From Azolla caroliniana (taxonomy: Eukaryota > Plantae > Polypodiophyta), in NCBI GenBank assembly GCA_043228905.1, contig JBHGNT010000022.1, positions 3,410,001-3,474,000 of the forward strand: a stretch of 64,000 bases of DNA. The letters are read 5' to 3'. Below the pieces are notes generated by a model. That model saw only the letters and a program-made list of their open reading frames with translations. It did no database searches and was not told where the DNA came from. Positions 51,395-64,000 of this stretch are shown in pieces; the first letter of the stretch is position 1; the number at the start of each line of letters is the position of its first letter. The translations under genes and the position numbers were made by a program.

Positions 51395-54300
51395 GCACAA
51401 AGAAAAACGATTTATTTCTTAATAGCAACAGTTACAAAGAATGACAACCAACCTTTTCTAAAGGTTACAAAGTCACTTTATATAGTGATTGTCCTAGGGC
51501 AACTGCCCTTTATGCTATTTATAGAAATAGCCCAAACTTGGGTTGTCCAAAGGGACAATGTGAATACGGCCATTATACACTCGTATTCGACACAGAGATG
51601 TATCAGATTTTGACATCCGAAAGCCGACTTGGTGAAGATATTGCGCGATCTTCGAGTGTCAAGCACGCGGTGCTTGTTTGAGGTCGTAGAGTGGCTTCTT
51701 GAGTTGGCATATGGCATGCAGATGATTACGCGATTCGAATCCGGGTGGTTGTGTCATATATACCTCTTCTTCTAGCTCTCCTTGGAGGAAAGCGTTTTTC
51801 ACGTCCATCTGATGGAGGTGCCACCCTTTTGTTGCTGCTAGCGCGATTACGGTTCGTATTGTCGTCATCTTTGCCACCGGGGCAAATATTTCTTCGTAGT
51901 CTACACCGAGTGTCTGTGCGTAGCCTTTTGCAACGAGTCGTGCTTTGAAGCGATTTACGGAACCATCGGCATTGTGCTTCACCTTGTAAATCCACCTGCA
52001 ACCAATTGGTTTCTTGTTCAGGGGGTGAGGAACGAGATCCCATGTCTCGTTTTTGCATAGCACTTCCATCTCCTCTTCATCGCGTTGACCCATCGCGGAT
52101 CCTTTGTGGCTTCGGAAAGCGTTTCTGGTTCCCGTACTGACGCTACCTTCATCATGAATGTGTAATGATACACCATGTACTCGTCGTAGCCGTAGTGGTT
52201 TACGGGGTTCTTCTCGCGCGTGGATCGGCGTGGCTTGTCATTTGCAGGTTCTTGGGGTTTCTTCACGTTATTCGTGTAGATGTCAAGGCCTTCGACCTTA
52301 CTGTCGAGATCGAAATGATCTTCATATTCCTGCATTTTCGCCTTGCCTTTGTCTAGCAGTGGACTTGGACGAGATGTGCTTTGATCACTTGGGGGCTCTT
52401 GTGGTCCGCTTAGCCATGTCGAAATTGGACTTTCTTCGTGTATGTGCGTGAGACGATCTTCGGCTTCTATTCTTGTTTCTGTGTCATCCGCATCGAGCGA
52501 GGTTGGAGTCGAAGTATTCTCCGGTGCTTTTAAAGGATGCATATTCGTCAAAGACTACGTCTCGACTTGTTCGAACCTTACGGGTAGATGGGTTGTAGCA
52601 TTTGTACCCCTTCTGTTCGAGTGAGTATCCTACGAGGATACATTTCTCCGACTTTGGGTCAAGCTTTTGCTGCGTATCGTCGGGAATATGTACGTAGGCG
52701 ATAGAGCCGAAAATGTGGACATGCGATAAGTCCGGTTTTTTTCAAAGAGCTTCTCATGAGGATTTATGTCGTGTACTCTTGAGGTTGTGCACCTATTCAT
52801 GAGGTATACGGCCGTGTTCGCCGCTTCTGCCCAGTACGATTTCGGCAGGTTCTTCTCATTCATCATGACTCATGCGACTTCTACTATGTGGCGGTTTTTA
52901 CGCTCAGCTACATTGTTTTGTTGAGGTGTATGTTGACACGAGAACTCTCGTTGGACTCCTTCCTTGCGGAGATACGCCGAGAACTCATCCGAAAAATATT
53001 CTTTGCCTCCATCTGATTGAAGGCAGCGTACATGCCGGCCCGTGGCTTTTTCCACTTCGGCTTTGAACTTCTGGAAGTGACTGAACACTTCACTCTTTTG
53101 CTTCATTGGATAAATCCAGGTATTTCTGGAGAAGTTGTCGATGAACGTGACATAGTAACGGCATCCGCCGAAAGTAGCTGTTTGGGCTGGTCCCCACACA
53201 TCTGAATGTATGACATCCAGGATCCCTTTGCTTACATTCCGCTCTTTTGGAAATGGATGACGGCGTTGCTTTCCAAATTGGCATGCTTCACACACGCTCG
53301 TGATCTCCTTTACCGTAAAGTTCGGGAGTCCGATTACAACTCCTTTTGTTTGCATGTTCTGAAGCTTCTGGAGATTGATGTGGAAGATTCTCTTATGCCA
53401 CAACTTTAAGTCGGTTTCGACTTTCTGGCCTTTTGCGTACATGGCCGACTTTACTTCGCTCGACTTGAGGATGAACATACGGCCTTCTTGTCTGCCGTGA
53501 GCTACGATTTGATCGCCTTTTTCAATGAAGCACCCATCGTTGCTGAAGCGTACCTGCATTCCTTGTTCTACAATTTGGCCTACCGAGACCATACTTTTTG
53601 TGATGGTGGGAACATGCAGTACGTTCTTGAGGTAGGTCTGTTTGCCATCGTTTCCGAATGGATCATTCCCGATATGCTGTATTGGATGAGTTGTATCATC
53701 GCCTATTTTGACATATCTGGGGCGTTCCGGCTTCCGTAGTTCCCGAAACCAATCTTCATGGGAAGTCATGTGATTGGAAGCTCCCGAATCGACAAACCAT
53801 ACACTATTAGGAGTGGAGGCGTTGGTTGTCGCAAATGCAGACATCGAGTGTGCTTCGTGCTTCATTATGAACATTCCTCCACGGTCGCCGTAGTCGGAGT
53901 TCGTGGCGTAATTTGTCAGTTGTCGGCCTGCCTCACATTTCTTCTTTCCGCACTCCTCTTCGTAATGGCCGGGTTTTCAGTAATACCCGCACTCGACTGG
54001 GTTTCGGTGATTGCTTGGTCCGGCGTTATGACTTCCCCTTCCGCCAAACTCTCTGGGACCATTTCTATTCATTTGCCATTGGTGAGAGTTGCGCTCTTGA
54101 TTTTGCCGATCATTACGACCTTGTCCGAAGTGACCTTTGTAACCTCAGCTGAAATTCCTTCTATCATCCGATTGGGAGTAGAGCATATGACCATCTGGTA
54201 CGTTGCTCCTCTTCCGGGCGTGATTCTCTTCGACCATCAATATTGACTGAAGGTCGAAGAAGGAGTGAGGGTTCTCCCTTGTGAGAATAGGCGATCTAAT

Positions 54301-54954
54301 CGCGCCGAAACGCGGTGCTAAGCCTCCAAGGCATATCTGCACCAGTTCGTCATCGTCAATGACGACGTTAATCGATCTGAGGGCGTCACATAGCTCCTTG
54401 ATCTTCAAGGTATAGCTTGAGATTGACATGTCCCTTTGTTGGATGCTATTCAGCTCCTGACGAAGCTAGAGCTTATGTGTGGCTGTGTTGGCTGCGAAAA
54501 TCTTTTTGAGGTTTTCCCACGCCTGCTTCGGCGTTTTTGCCTCTCGAATGTAGCCAAGCATATGATCATGAACGCATGATGCAAGGCAATACAACACACG
54601 GCTTGTGGCCTGCTCCCAAGCGGGATAGACAACGTGTGTTGGGTTGGGGTGCGATTCGTGAGCTCCTTCGATGTAGCTCCAATAGCCTTGTCCAACAAGG
54701 TATTGATGCATCTTGTATTCCCAAGATGCAAAGTTCGTTCTGTCAAGCTTCTCGGTAGGAAGAACGCTTCCCATTTGAGTATTCATAGTGATTTCTTCTT
54801 TGTCGATGGGTCGGTTCTGTTGATCGTCGGTGTGGAGCACAACACAATCGAAAAATGCTTGATCAGGCAACCACACACTCTGATACCATGTTAAAGAATG
54901 GGAAGGCAAGAGTGGTTGCAATGCAGCGGAAGGTGAACGTATGTGTGTGTGTAA

Positions 54955-55001
<47 letters not shown>

Positions 55002-55178
55002 AAAGTGTATATAACTAACAAAATGAAATACATCCAACAATGACTAAGTTACACTGAGTTGGTTTATATACCAACTAAGCTAGGGCAAACACCCTTTCTA
55101 CTATTTACAAAACTAGCTTGGAGTGTCCATGAGCAAGTCTGAAACCTATCTATGGGAAGTTGAGTTCGATTCTCAACA
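44732..55178 (-). mobile_element. Ty1/copia LTR retrotransposon (outer), full length but disrupted
   Basis: LTRs 44732-45007 and 54889-55178, perfect TSD CCTAT, iMet PBS (TGGTATCAGAG, minus 54888-54878). gag-PR-IN-RT at 54780-51593, with RT/RNase H continuing at 46130-45097. Confidence 0.96.
46131..51592 (-). mobile_element. Ty1/copia LTR retrotransposon (inner), inserted in the RT of the outer element
   Basis: LTRs 46131-46405 and 51273-51592, TSD TAGAG/CAGAG (1 mismatch), iMet PBS at 51259-51270. gag 50594-49626 (CNYCKKPGHIKADC), integrase, RT (YMDD) and RNase H (KHIDVRYHF) run to 46603. Confidence 0.95.
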
Positions 55179-55779
55179 CCTATCAAGGTCTTGACCTTAC
55201 ACTGTTGGATGTAATCATCAAGAATATGAATCTTACCCTTGTGACATTATGAAATTCTATCGTTCCCTCTCTTTACCTTATCATCAAATTATGTGTTTCG
55301 CACATTCTATCTAGTTTTTCTTCATCTCTGTCCACCTAAAATCATGACACTCAATGTTGACTCTCTCTAGAACTAGGACACTCATTATTCTCTTTATGGA
55401 ATAATGATATATATATATACTTTAGAATCATGACATGTTCTATTTTAATTTATCTTTAAAAGCATAATTTTCTCTTGTATCACAACCCTCTCTAGCATGT
55501 GAGTTATGATTTAAGGGAGTCATCATGGAAGTGAGGTAAGACAAACGAGAGCGCTTAGGGGCTATTGTTTGATAGTTCAAACTCATCTCACAACATCCCA
55601 TAAAAGTCCCCCCTAAAGATTGTCCATTTTATTTTTTTGCACCAATATAACGGATTATCATTGAATTGTATTGCCTTATTTTTAGCAAGGGTAAAAATAC
55701 TCTAGCATACCTACTCAAAGTTTATTATTGAATTTTAGATACAAGTCTTTAAGAAGTTAGAAACTGGCTCGAGTACGAC

Positions 55780-56050
55780 CTCCATTGACCATCCTCAATT
55801 TGATGGACAAATGGAATGGGTAAATCAAATTATTGCGGAGATGCTTCAAGCATATGTTTTCGCAAAGCCAACAAATGGGAACGTTATCTCCCAAATTTGG
55901 AATTTGCTTATAATAGCTCTAAGCATACATTGACAGGATATAGTCATTTTATGTTGATATATATGGCTTTTAGCTATAAGCCTCGATTTATGTTAATATG
56001 CACCATGACGAGTTGAGAAGTACACAAATCCTTCTCAAAGATATACGGGA
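55780..56050 (+). pseudogene. Decayed gypsy integrase fragment
   Basis: HPQFDGQ...WERYLPNLEFAYNSSKHTLTGYS. Confidence 0.7.
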
Positions 56051-56411
56051 GAAAAGTGGGAAAAGGAACGATCCATTCACATCATAACATATATAAAAAG
56101 AAGAAGAAGTAAGTAAATAAGAGCGAATGGCCTAGTGATTACAACCATTTAGTGTGTTTATTGAAGGGGTGTAGAGTTTGGATCTTTGTTTGTGTGGATT
56201 AAGGGCTATTTTATTCTCTTTTGCATTTTCGAAGCAATGGAATAAATTACATTAAATGCTGAAAATAGGCTCCTCTTTTCTTTATAAGAAAGGGAAGGGG
56301 GCTTATTTTGGGGTTGCCCAATTTCTGCCCAAGGGTGTACAATTAGGGTTTTGTTCTCACCCTCGCCTTCATATTCTAGGAAGTTTCCATTTTGGTGTTT
56401 CAAGGGGTACT

Positions 56412-57127
56412 TGTTTAAAGACAAGCTCAACATGAGCTAAATCAGTTGAAGAAGTCGATAGTTGAGTCGGCTAAGAAGGATTGATTGGAGAAGCCGAATA
56501 CCAAATTAGTTGAAGAAGCCGACAACTAGATTTGTTGGGAGCCGATAGGCTGTTAAAGGCCTACATTTCTATTTTAGTAAATAGGAATACTATGGACATC
56601 TAGTGTCAAAGCTCATGTGTGAGCATTCAAGTACTTGTGTTAGCCCACTATAAGGGCTTGTATATTGTAAAAGAATACAGGTGAAAGCTTATGTGAAGCG
56701 CAGAATACACAATCAGTTATCCGAAAATACAATAGTTAGGTAAACACAAAGAATGTAGATGTGAGGGTGAGAGAGAGACAGAGAGAGCAGACAATAATAC
56801 TTGATTAAAAAAAATCTCTGTACATAGCCCATACATAGACCTATGCTCAAAGAGCAATCTTTATACAAGCCTTGATGAGTGGGCTGACACAAGTATTGAC
56901 AAGTACTTAAATGCTCATTAACTGAGCCTGACACTAACAATCTATAATATTCCTATTTACTAAAATAGGAATATAGCCCCCTAACAGTCTGTCAGATTCC
57001 ATCCAACTCGGCCTAGCCGATTGATGTTCAATGTTCATCCTATTCAGCTCTCAGTTTCTTCAAGCGATCCAGGCCTAGCCAATCAGTATTCATCTAATCC
57101 GGCCCATGGTGAGCTTGCTTTTCAACA
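56412..57127. mobile_element. Two related LTR sequences in inverted orientation; the right one is the 3' LTR of the minus-strand copia remnant
   Basis: TGTTTAAAGACAAGCTCAACATG at 56412 resembles the reverse complement of 57105-57127. TATTTTAGTAAATAGGAAT at ~56570 recurs inverted at ~56950. PPT complement CTCCCCCT starts at 57128. Confidence 0.55.
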
Positions 57128-58228
57128 CTCCCCCTCAAGCTCAACTTGAGGTTCTTTGTTAGCTCCAACTGGTCCACCGCACCAGCATCTCATCGCTTCA
57201 CGCCTCCTAGCTCGTGCTCCACAACCCATTTGGTTCGACGCTCCTCGACCTACTCGGTCGCCATGTCTACTGCTAATGCCTTCATTGACCTTCTTCTTGC
57301 CTCTACAACCGTGGCGACCCTCGATCCATTGTCTCTCCCGCCTTAGCATCGCCTTCAGCTGCCTTCTCATCTCTCTGGCCTTCATGTGATTCGGCTTATC
57401 TGAATCACTCTTCTCGACTGAATTGGTCGTCTCTAATTCTTCTTCTTCCAGACCCTTGACCACATCTAACCACGTCTTGGTCTTGGCCTTCATCTTCAGG
57501 TTGACTCTGCCCTTCTTGGCTCTGCCGCCAGTCTTGGCTTTCTCAGCTCTGTCTCCCCTTTGTTCGGTTGGTTCCAACTCCGACACATTCTTTTGGTCAC
57601 TCCCCTTGTGCCTTCGTCCTCGGCTTCTTCAACCATCCTGAAATCGAATTCAACATTTGATTCAGCTTTTCCGACTTCATCTCTCTTCCTCTCACGTTGT
57701 CTTTCACTACTTCTCCCACTCATGTTCGGCATGTCGAGGTGCTACAAGCCAAGCTCACTTGAAAAATGCCGCAACTTGTCTAGGCCGAGAGGTTTGGTGA
57801 AGATATCGACAACCTGCCGATCTGTCAGAACATATACGAGTTCTAGTTCACCGAAGAGGACACACTCGTGCACATAGTGGTAGTGCACCTTGATGTGCTT
57901 CGTGCGAACATGGAAGACGGGGTTCCTCGCTAATTAGATGTTGTTAAGGTTGTGACAATATATGACTGTCGGCGACACCCCCACATGCAAATGCCTTAGA
58001 AGCTGCTTGAGCCATATGGCTTCGCATGTTGCGGCAACCACTTCTCAATACTCGGCCTCGGTGGTCGACAATGCAACTATCGACTGGTTCTTATTGCTCT
58101 AGGAGATTCCAGTGCTTCTAGGAGAAAATGCAAAGCTTGATGTAGACCTTCGATCGCCGGCATTTCCAAACCAATTGGCATTCGTGTAGCCGACAAGCTG
58201 TTTGGCTACATCGGTCCGATATAACAAC
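57128..58228 (-). mobile_element. Truncated Ty1/copia 3' end (RNase H plus basic C-terminal extension)
   Basis: The minus strand encodes ALSTTEAEY, PVFHVRTKHIKVHYHY and QVVDIFTKPLG, ending at a PPT. Confidence 0.85.
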
Positions 58229-61026
58229 TGTCATGATGACACGCACATATGATTTGGGTTTACAAGGATCGTATCCACAACCTTGTTATATATGTGCTGT
58301 AATCTTAGCCATTGTAATGATATATTTATATGTATAAATAATTTATAAACTATATAGAATATTGTAAAATATTCTAGAGTGTTGTTGTATGGTCTAGAAT
58401 GTTCTACAATATTCTAGCATACTCTTTATTCTAGGACTTTCTAGAATACCCTATTAGGACTTATAAATATGCATCTAATAATCAGGGGTGAACCAATTTG
58501 ATTCAACACCATTCTAGAGCTCCCTTGTTGTCTACTCATTGTAATCCATCTTATAGTGCAATATATTATCTTTACAATACTCTCTCAACATAGGAAATCC
58601 ATGGACCACACAGGATTACGAGCCGAGCACATCATATATGCTCGACAATGCCTAGCCTCCCATTCTCACTCTAATCTTCAACTGTGCCCTCGCCGAGGGT
58701 TTTCCACCACAATGGGCCATGACCACAATGGCCCCTATACATAAAGGAGGGGACCCAATGGACCCAAATACATATAGGACCATTATGATAGGTCATATGC
58801 TTGCTAAACTATATGGTGTAGTAATGGAAGCGGAGCTCAGTGATTATATGGAAACATTAAGTCTTCGAGCACCTGAGTAGGTTGGCTTTAGACGACCATA
58901 TCTTTACACTTAGGTGCTTAATTGACCAGGTGAAGGCTCGTAAGAAGAAACTATATTGTTGCTTTGTGGACTTCCGCAAAGCCTTTGACACAGTTCCTAG
59001 GGAGAGGTTGTTTGATAGACTTAAGACCTTGGAGATACCAAATGACATGATCTGGGCCATTTATGCCCTATATGAGCAAGTCTCTGGGTGCGTAAGATGC
59101 CCAAGTGGCCTTCCGATTGTTTCACTAGCACCATTGGTGTAAAACAGGGTCGCCCCCTATCACTGACTCTTTTTGGGATCTACATTGATGAGATCACTGA
59201 TTTTATTGCTCGTAAGGGAGGCAAGGGAGTAGCTATTGGGGATATGCAAGTTAGTCTCTTACTCTACGTAGATGACATTGTCTTGCTCTCGGAGTCGGAA
59301 CACGACCTACAAACGCATCTTAATGCCCTAGATGAGTTTTGTACACAACAAGGACTGGTAGTGAATCTTGCGAAAACTAAAGTCCTTATCTTTCATACAT
59401 CGTCCCAAGTTAGGAGTAAATGTCACCTAATCCTCTCTCATAAACTAGTTGAGGTCGTGGGATCATATGTATAGTCACTTTTAGTGCTCGCTCAAGTAAA
59501 TTCTCGATGACCCAAGCAACCAAAGATAGGCTAACGAGAGGGTATGCATCCCTCTCACTCTTAGAGAGACAATGCCACCAGGCATACTTTCAAGAGCCAC
59601 GGACTAAGGGATGGCTCTTTGACTCATTATTGACCCCTTCCCTCATGTATGCATCAGTAGTATGGGCTCTAGGTCTACCATCTTTCATGTGGACACAATT
59701 AGAGAGACCTTTGATGATGATGTTATCACGTCAACTCCGAAGCAAATCGACAGTACCACGTGACATTATTAGAGCAGAGTTTAGTCTACCCCCGATGTTA
59801 GTAGAAGCACTCTTTCAAGTGGTAGTTTTTATTCATCGGATACATTGTCAATCACAAGATAGGATATCCCGTTGAGCCTTTGAGGCATCCCGATCCCTAC
59901 ATGCGTCTGGAGACACTAGCTCTTGGTATAGCATTGTGGTGAGTTGGTTACTTGCAAACAACATAGACATTAATAACCTACCTCCCCTTAAGTACAACCA
60001 TGGAACTGATCAAACTCTAATCTCTCATGAAGACTGTAATAAAGTGATACGCCAAGAAATATGGCAAATTTACACTCGATATAAATGGATCACCCCACGA
60101 GAGCCACTCCCATCGAAAATGTTATACTATAAGGAACACTTCTTGCACCTCTCTAAGTTAGGTTTTATTACACGACCAAGATGTCTAGATACATTCTTAT
60201 CAAATGCACTAAGGGTGGCCATTGGACAACTTAGGATATCATCTCACCAACTTGAGATTGAGAATGGTCAGGCTAATAGAGCCCCTAGAGAGGAAAGACT
60301 ATGTAGGTTATGCCACATAGAGATAGAAGATGAGTATCACTTCACATGCAAGTGCCCAACTTATGCCGAGATACGGGTGGAATACCAAGACATATTAGGA
60401 CCCTCTCCCACCCTCTCCAAACTATTAGATACCCCGATTGTAAAGAGACTAGGTAGGTATATCTTAGAACTAAAACAATATAGGGAGAATAAATTACAAA
60501 GTGTTAACCATAACCCTTTTACTATTCATCAACATGTAACTAGTGCAATTTTTCAGGAACAAGGGGAGATGATGAATGTGGATACACTTATGCCGCTCAG
60601 CCTCTCCCTTGAGGAAGCAGAAATGCAAAGAACAACCAAACGCCCTCGGGTGTTGGGCTTCAAAACAAGTCGACGTGGAGTAGGAAATAGGAAAGATTAA
60701 GAAGATAAGGGAACGTGAGCTACGTCGACTAGAAGCTATGGTCGGGGTATTTTTTACATTGGGACCATGGGTCACATCCACATCACAACCCTTTGACCTC
60801 CTGCTTCTCTTCGAGAGACTTGGATGGAAATGAAATTAGGCCTAGTTTAACATCATTTTCATTGTAGAACATGTTTTTTATATAGAGTAGTCTTGTTATT
60901 TTCTTAGAACTATTTAGCTTATTTATCTTATTTTTATTTTTACTTTCATTGAATGGGTAAATATCCCATTTTTTTGTAAACTATTTGTCTCATGGGCCAA
61001 TTTTGGCCTTAGAAGATGTTAATATA

Positions 61027-61065
<39 letters not shown>

Positions 61066-61806
61066 CTTGACAGTTTGAACTAAAATTTTCTTTCCTTCCT
61101 CATTACTCTCTCTTCCAAGAACCTTAATAAGTTTCCTTCTTTCTTTTCCTCTTCCCTCGTAAGTTATGGAGTCCGTGAGCAAACAGGAATATATGCGCGT
61201 CCTTTCTGAGCTCAACATGCTCACGAATAAATTTGTGGCACTAGAGCAAGAAAATTAAAGGCTACTCGGGGACCTACAACACGTGAGTACCGAGAAAGTG
61301 CAACAATATTAAGAGTTGTCACAACGGGTTCACCAACTCGAGGCCACTATATTATAATTACGAGAACAAGTGATGGGGGTTCAAAACTACCCCAAAGAAC
61401 CGAAGATTAGCCTCCCTGCTAAGTTTGATGGTACAAGGTCCCTATTTCGAGGCTTTTTGAATCAAGTACGTTTGGTTATTCAGTTACATCCCAATCGGTA
61501 CCCAACGGAAGCTGCTCATGTGGGATTAGTAGGAACCTTGCTAAGCGGTACAACATTAGCATGGTTTGCACCACTCCTCGAGAAGAAATCACCGTTGTTG
61601 GAGGATTTTGAGGCGTTTGTTAAGGAGTTTCAAGCTAGCTTCGGAGACACCGACAACACTAGGACGAAAATAAACAAGATTCGAAGGCTCCGACAAGGAG
61701 ATCGTCCCGCGTCGGCTTATGCAGACGATTTCCGTCTCTTGGCATGTGATATCCCTTGGGATGAGGCAGCTCTAATGGATCAATTCCGTCAAGGTTTGCG
61801 TAATGA
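58229..61806 (+). mobile_element. 5' part of a gypsy element (LTR interrupted by a LINE, then gag)
   Basis: TGTCA at 58229 and TGACA at 61068-61072, TATA-like TTATAAAT at ~58460, and gag EPKISLPAKFDG...LRQGDR...FRQGL at 61370-61806. LTR limits are tentative. Confidence 0.6.
58860..60850 (+). mobile_element. 5'-truncated non-LTR retrotransposon (LINE) ORF2: RT plus C-terminal CCHC finger, disrupted
   Basis: FVDFRKAFDTV, GVKQG.PLS, LLYVDD, LRISSHQLEIE and RLCRLC...EDEYHFTCKC. Confidence 0.9.
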
Positions 61807-64000
61807 TGTCATGAGAATAGATTTGTTAGCTGGACAGGATGGGCGTCGGATAAGTGTGGAAGCGTCGGAGTCGACAAGGTTCGGAAAGTACGGAGTCAGA
61901 GTCAGATCGACTATGTGGATCGATGAGTTAGCTAGCAGTTTTGCCGACTAAATAAAAAATGTGAATATTAATTAGGGTTAGTTAGAGTTTTACTAGTTCT
62001 TGCCGATAAGGAAAATTGTAATTCTTGATAGAACGACCTATCGGGTTACCTATAAAAAGGAACCCAAGGCAACGTAACACTATCGTCTGTTTTAGTTAAC
62101 ATAGTTTTTAGTTGTAGGAATTCTAAGCACTTGTGTTAATATTTATATAGATCTATATGCTGTTCTACTATAACTGTACTAACTAATAGATGTCGTGAAG
62201 ATTTTCAGTGATAATGTGAAACTTGTAAGAAACATACGAAATCGAGCGTGGTTCTTCTCAAAAAATATAAAACAATAATAGTAAAGATACTATTTTAAAT
62301 AAGTTTAATATCTTGGTACAAAAAGATGGAGGTCTTGAAGAGCTTCTAAATGTACTTTACTACGTAGGAAACAAACATCTAAGTGTCAAGTTATGTGGGT
62401 ATGAAATTTGCAAAGAAGAAGAGAAAAATATGTGATATGCCACATAGACAGGAAAAACAAGGAACCCACCATATATAAGGCAGAGCAAAAACTATTACCT
62501 TTGTGTCTATGTGTGGAGCATAGAAAGGTTAAGTTGTAGGACTTAACAAATGGATGTAGCCAAATGCATATAACTATGTGTTTTGGACGAATCCGGCGAC
62601 AACGACCGACGGGATCCGACGACGGCGATCGACGGGATCTGGCATCCGACATCACCGGTGACCGACGGAGCTGACGAGACGACGACCGGATGGAGAAATG
62701 CCTTGTAAATATACATTAATAATATATGTGTGTGTGTATTCAAAAGGAGTGCAAGTGAAGACCTAATCCTTGCACCTCCACATTGAGAGTCTATAGACTT
62801 ACCACTAGGCTATGTCATTTCTTTAGAAATGTTTTCCCTATCATTATAGTTTTACATGTAAATTCTCATATTAGAGCTTAATTGAGTGAGATGTGATGCA
62901 TTAGCGCCAAATGGAAAACATGCATCACATGCATTCCATGCATTGTATGCATGACTTGTACCCTCACATGCATCATATGCATGGGTGCGTCTATAAAAGG
63001 ATGGATGAAAAGGATCAAAGGTGTTGTGTATTATTCAAGAATTTAAGAAGAAGAAAACTTTGTTCTCCAATTGATGGTGTATCTTATTTCCTAAATCTAA
63101 AGTTAAGGGTCCAAACTTAATCTCTCTCTATCTCTCTCACGCCATATCAATCTCTCTCGACCCAAAGTCGAGCGTTAAAATCTCTCTCTCTCTCTCTTTT
63201 AATCTATCTTAAAGCCTTTCTTGCTAAAGCTAGTGCCAACTTCGAGTCCTTCCGGTCCAGAACCCCGGCGGTTCCGCCTCACGATCCGCGCGTAGTGACG
63301 GATCTTCACGACATAATAAAGTGGTGAACCCGACGTGAAAGAGGCGGTAGGAAGGATCCAGTCGAGACCAATACTTGGAGATGGCGTCCTCAAGGAATCA
63401 AGCGGGAGACTTCGAAAGGATGATGTTGATCGTCGAGCAAATGATGAGATCTCGAAACAACGATGCGAGCGTGGAGAAGGCCGTCGACCGTGTCATAGAG
63501 CTCGAGGGTCAATTCGATGGAAGGAACACTACAAAGTTCCTTGATGCATACAAAAGGGAGATGAATCAAAGGGACGTGTCTGAAGTGTGGGAAATCACAA
63601 GTTTCAAGAGAGTGGTCGCCAACAACATCCAAAGGTGTGTCATCGAACTTTAAGAAGGGAAGACAACGTGGTCGGAGTTCGAGAAAGCGATATTAGCGGA
63701 GTTCGCGACAGAAGATTTGTCGAGGATGACTCGACATTCCTTGATGAAGTGGATAGAAAAGAAGAATAAGAAGATGAGCGCTTCGAGGGTGTACGACGAA
63801 TTTGACCAAATGTCTCGTTGTCTCCCCAACACGGACCAAGTGCTGCTTGAAGAGGACAAGACTTTGTACTTCTTGAAAGCTGTGGACATGAAGGATAGAC
63901 GAGAATTGGGGACTCTTCTCGAAGACGATACCCAAGCAAATGGGCTTGTGGCTGACTGGGTTGTGGTGAAGTGAGCATGGAATAGGCTCAACAAGCGTCG
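61807..64000 (+). mobile_element. Gypsy-type LTR retrotransposon 5' end (1.5-kb LTR, tRNA-Trp PBS, gag start), running off the window
   Basis: TGTCATGA at 61807 to TCACGACA at 63313, PBS TGGTGAACCCGACGTGA at 63322-63338, and gag-like MASSRNQ...FDGRNTTKFL from 63381 with stops. It interrupts the preceding gag. Confidence 0.8.

Noticed and set aside
12217-55183. The same TSD (CCTAT) on two unrelated LTR elements
   Set aside because: A gypsy and a copia use different integrases, and one coincidence among a handful of 5-mers is not evidence of targeting.

Overview
Repeat-rich land-plant nuclear DNA; the introns and TE repertoire suggest a seed-free plant such as a fern, which is an inference. 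Two intact host genes lie tail-to-tail: a 13-exon plastid-type monofunctional aspartate kinase (+, 25574-30762) and a 10-exon class IV HD-ZIP (-, 43680-32509). The rest is nested transposons. These are a Ty3/gypsy element with two solo-LTR insertions (4220-10283), a ~15 kb TIR-bounded Mutator-like element (10309-25363) containing an Athila-like retroelement (12222-18529), a copia-in-copia nest (44732-55178), and a stack of copia, gypsy and LINE remnants (55800-64000). The most interesting object is the Mutator-like element. It sits in CA/TA microsatellites and carries a DDE-SWIM transposase, a Ulp1-like SUMO protease and a Cys/His-finger ORF. It also carries what looks like a captured piece of a REF6/ELF6-type histone demethylase gene and oppositely oriented GGAGCCCGAC arrays, a layout reminiscent of a transposon-encoded anti-silencing module. 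All calls were made by eye, without database searches.
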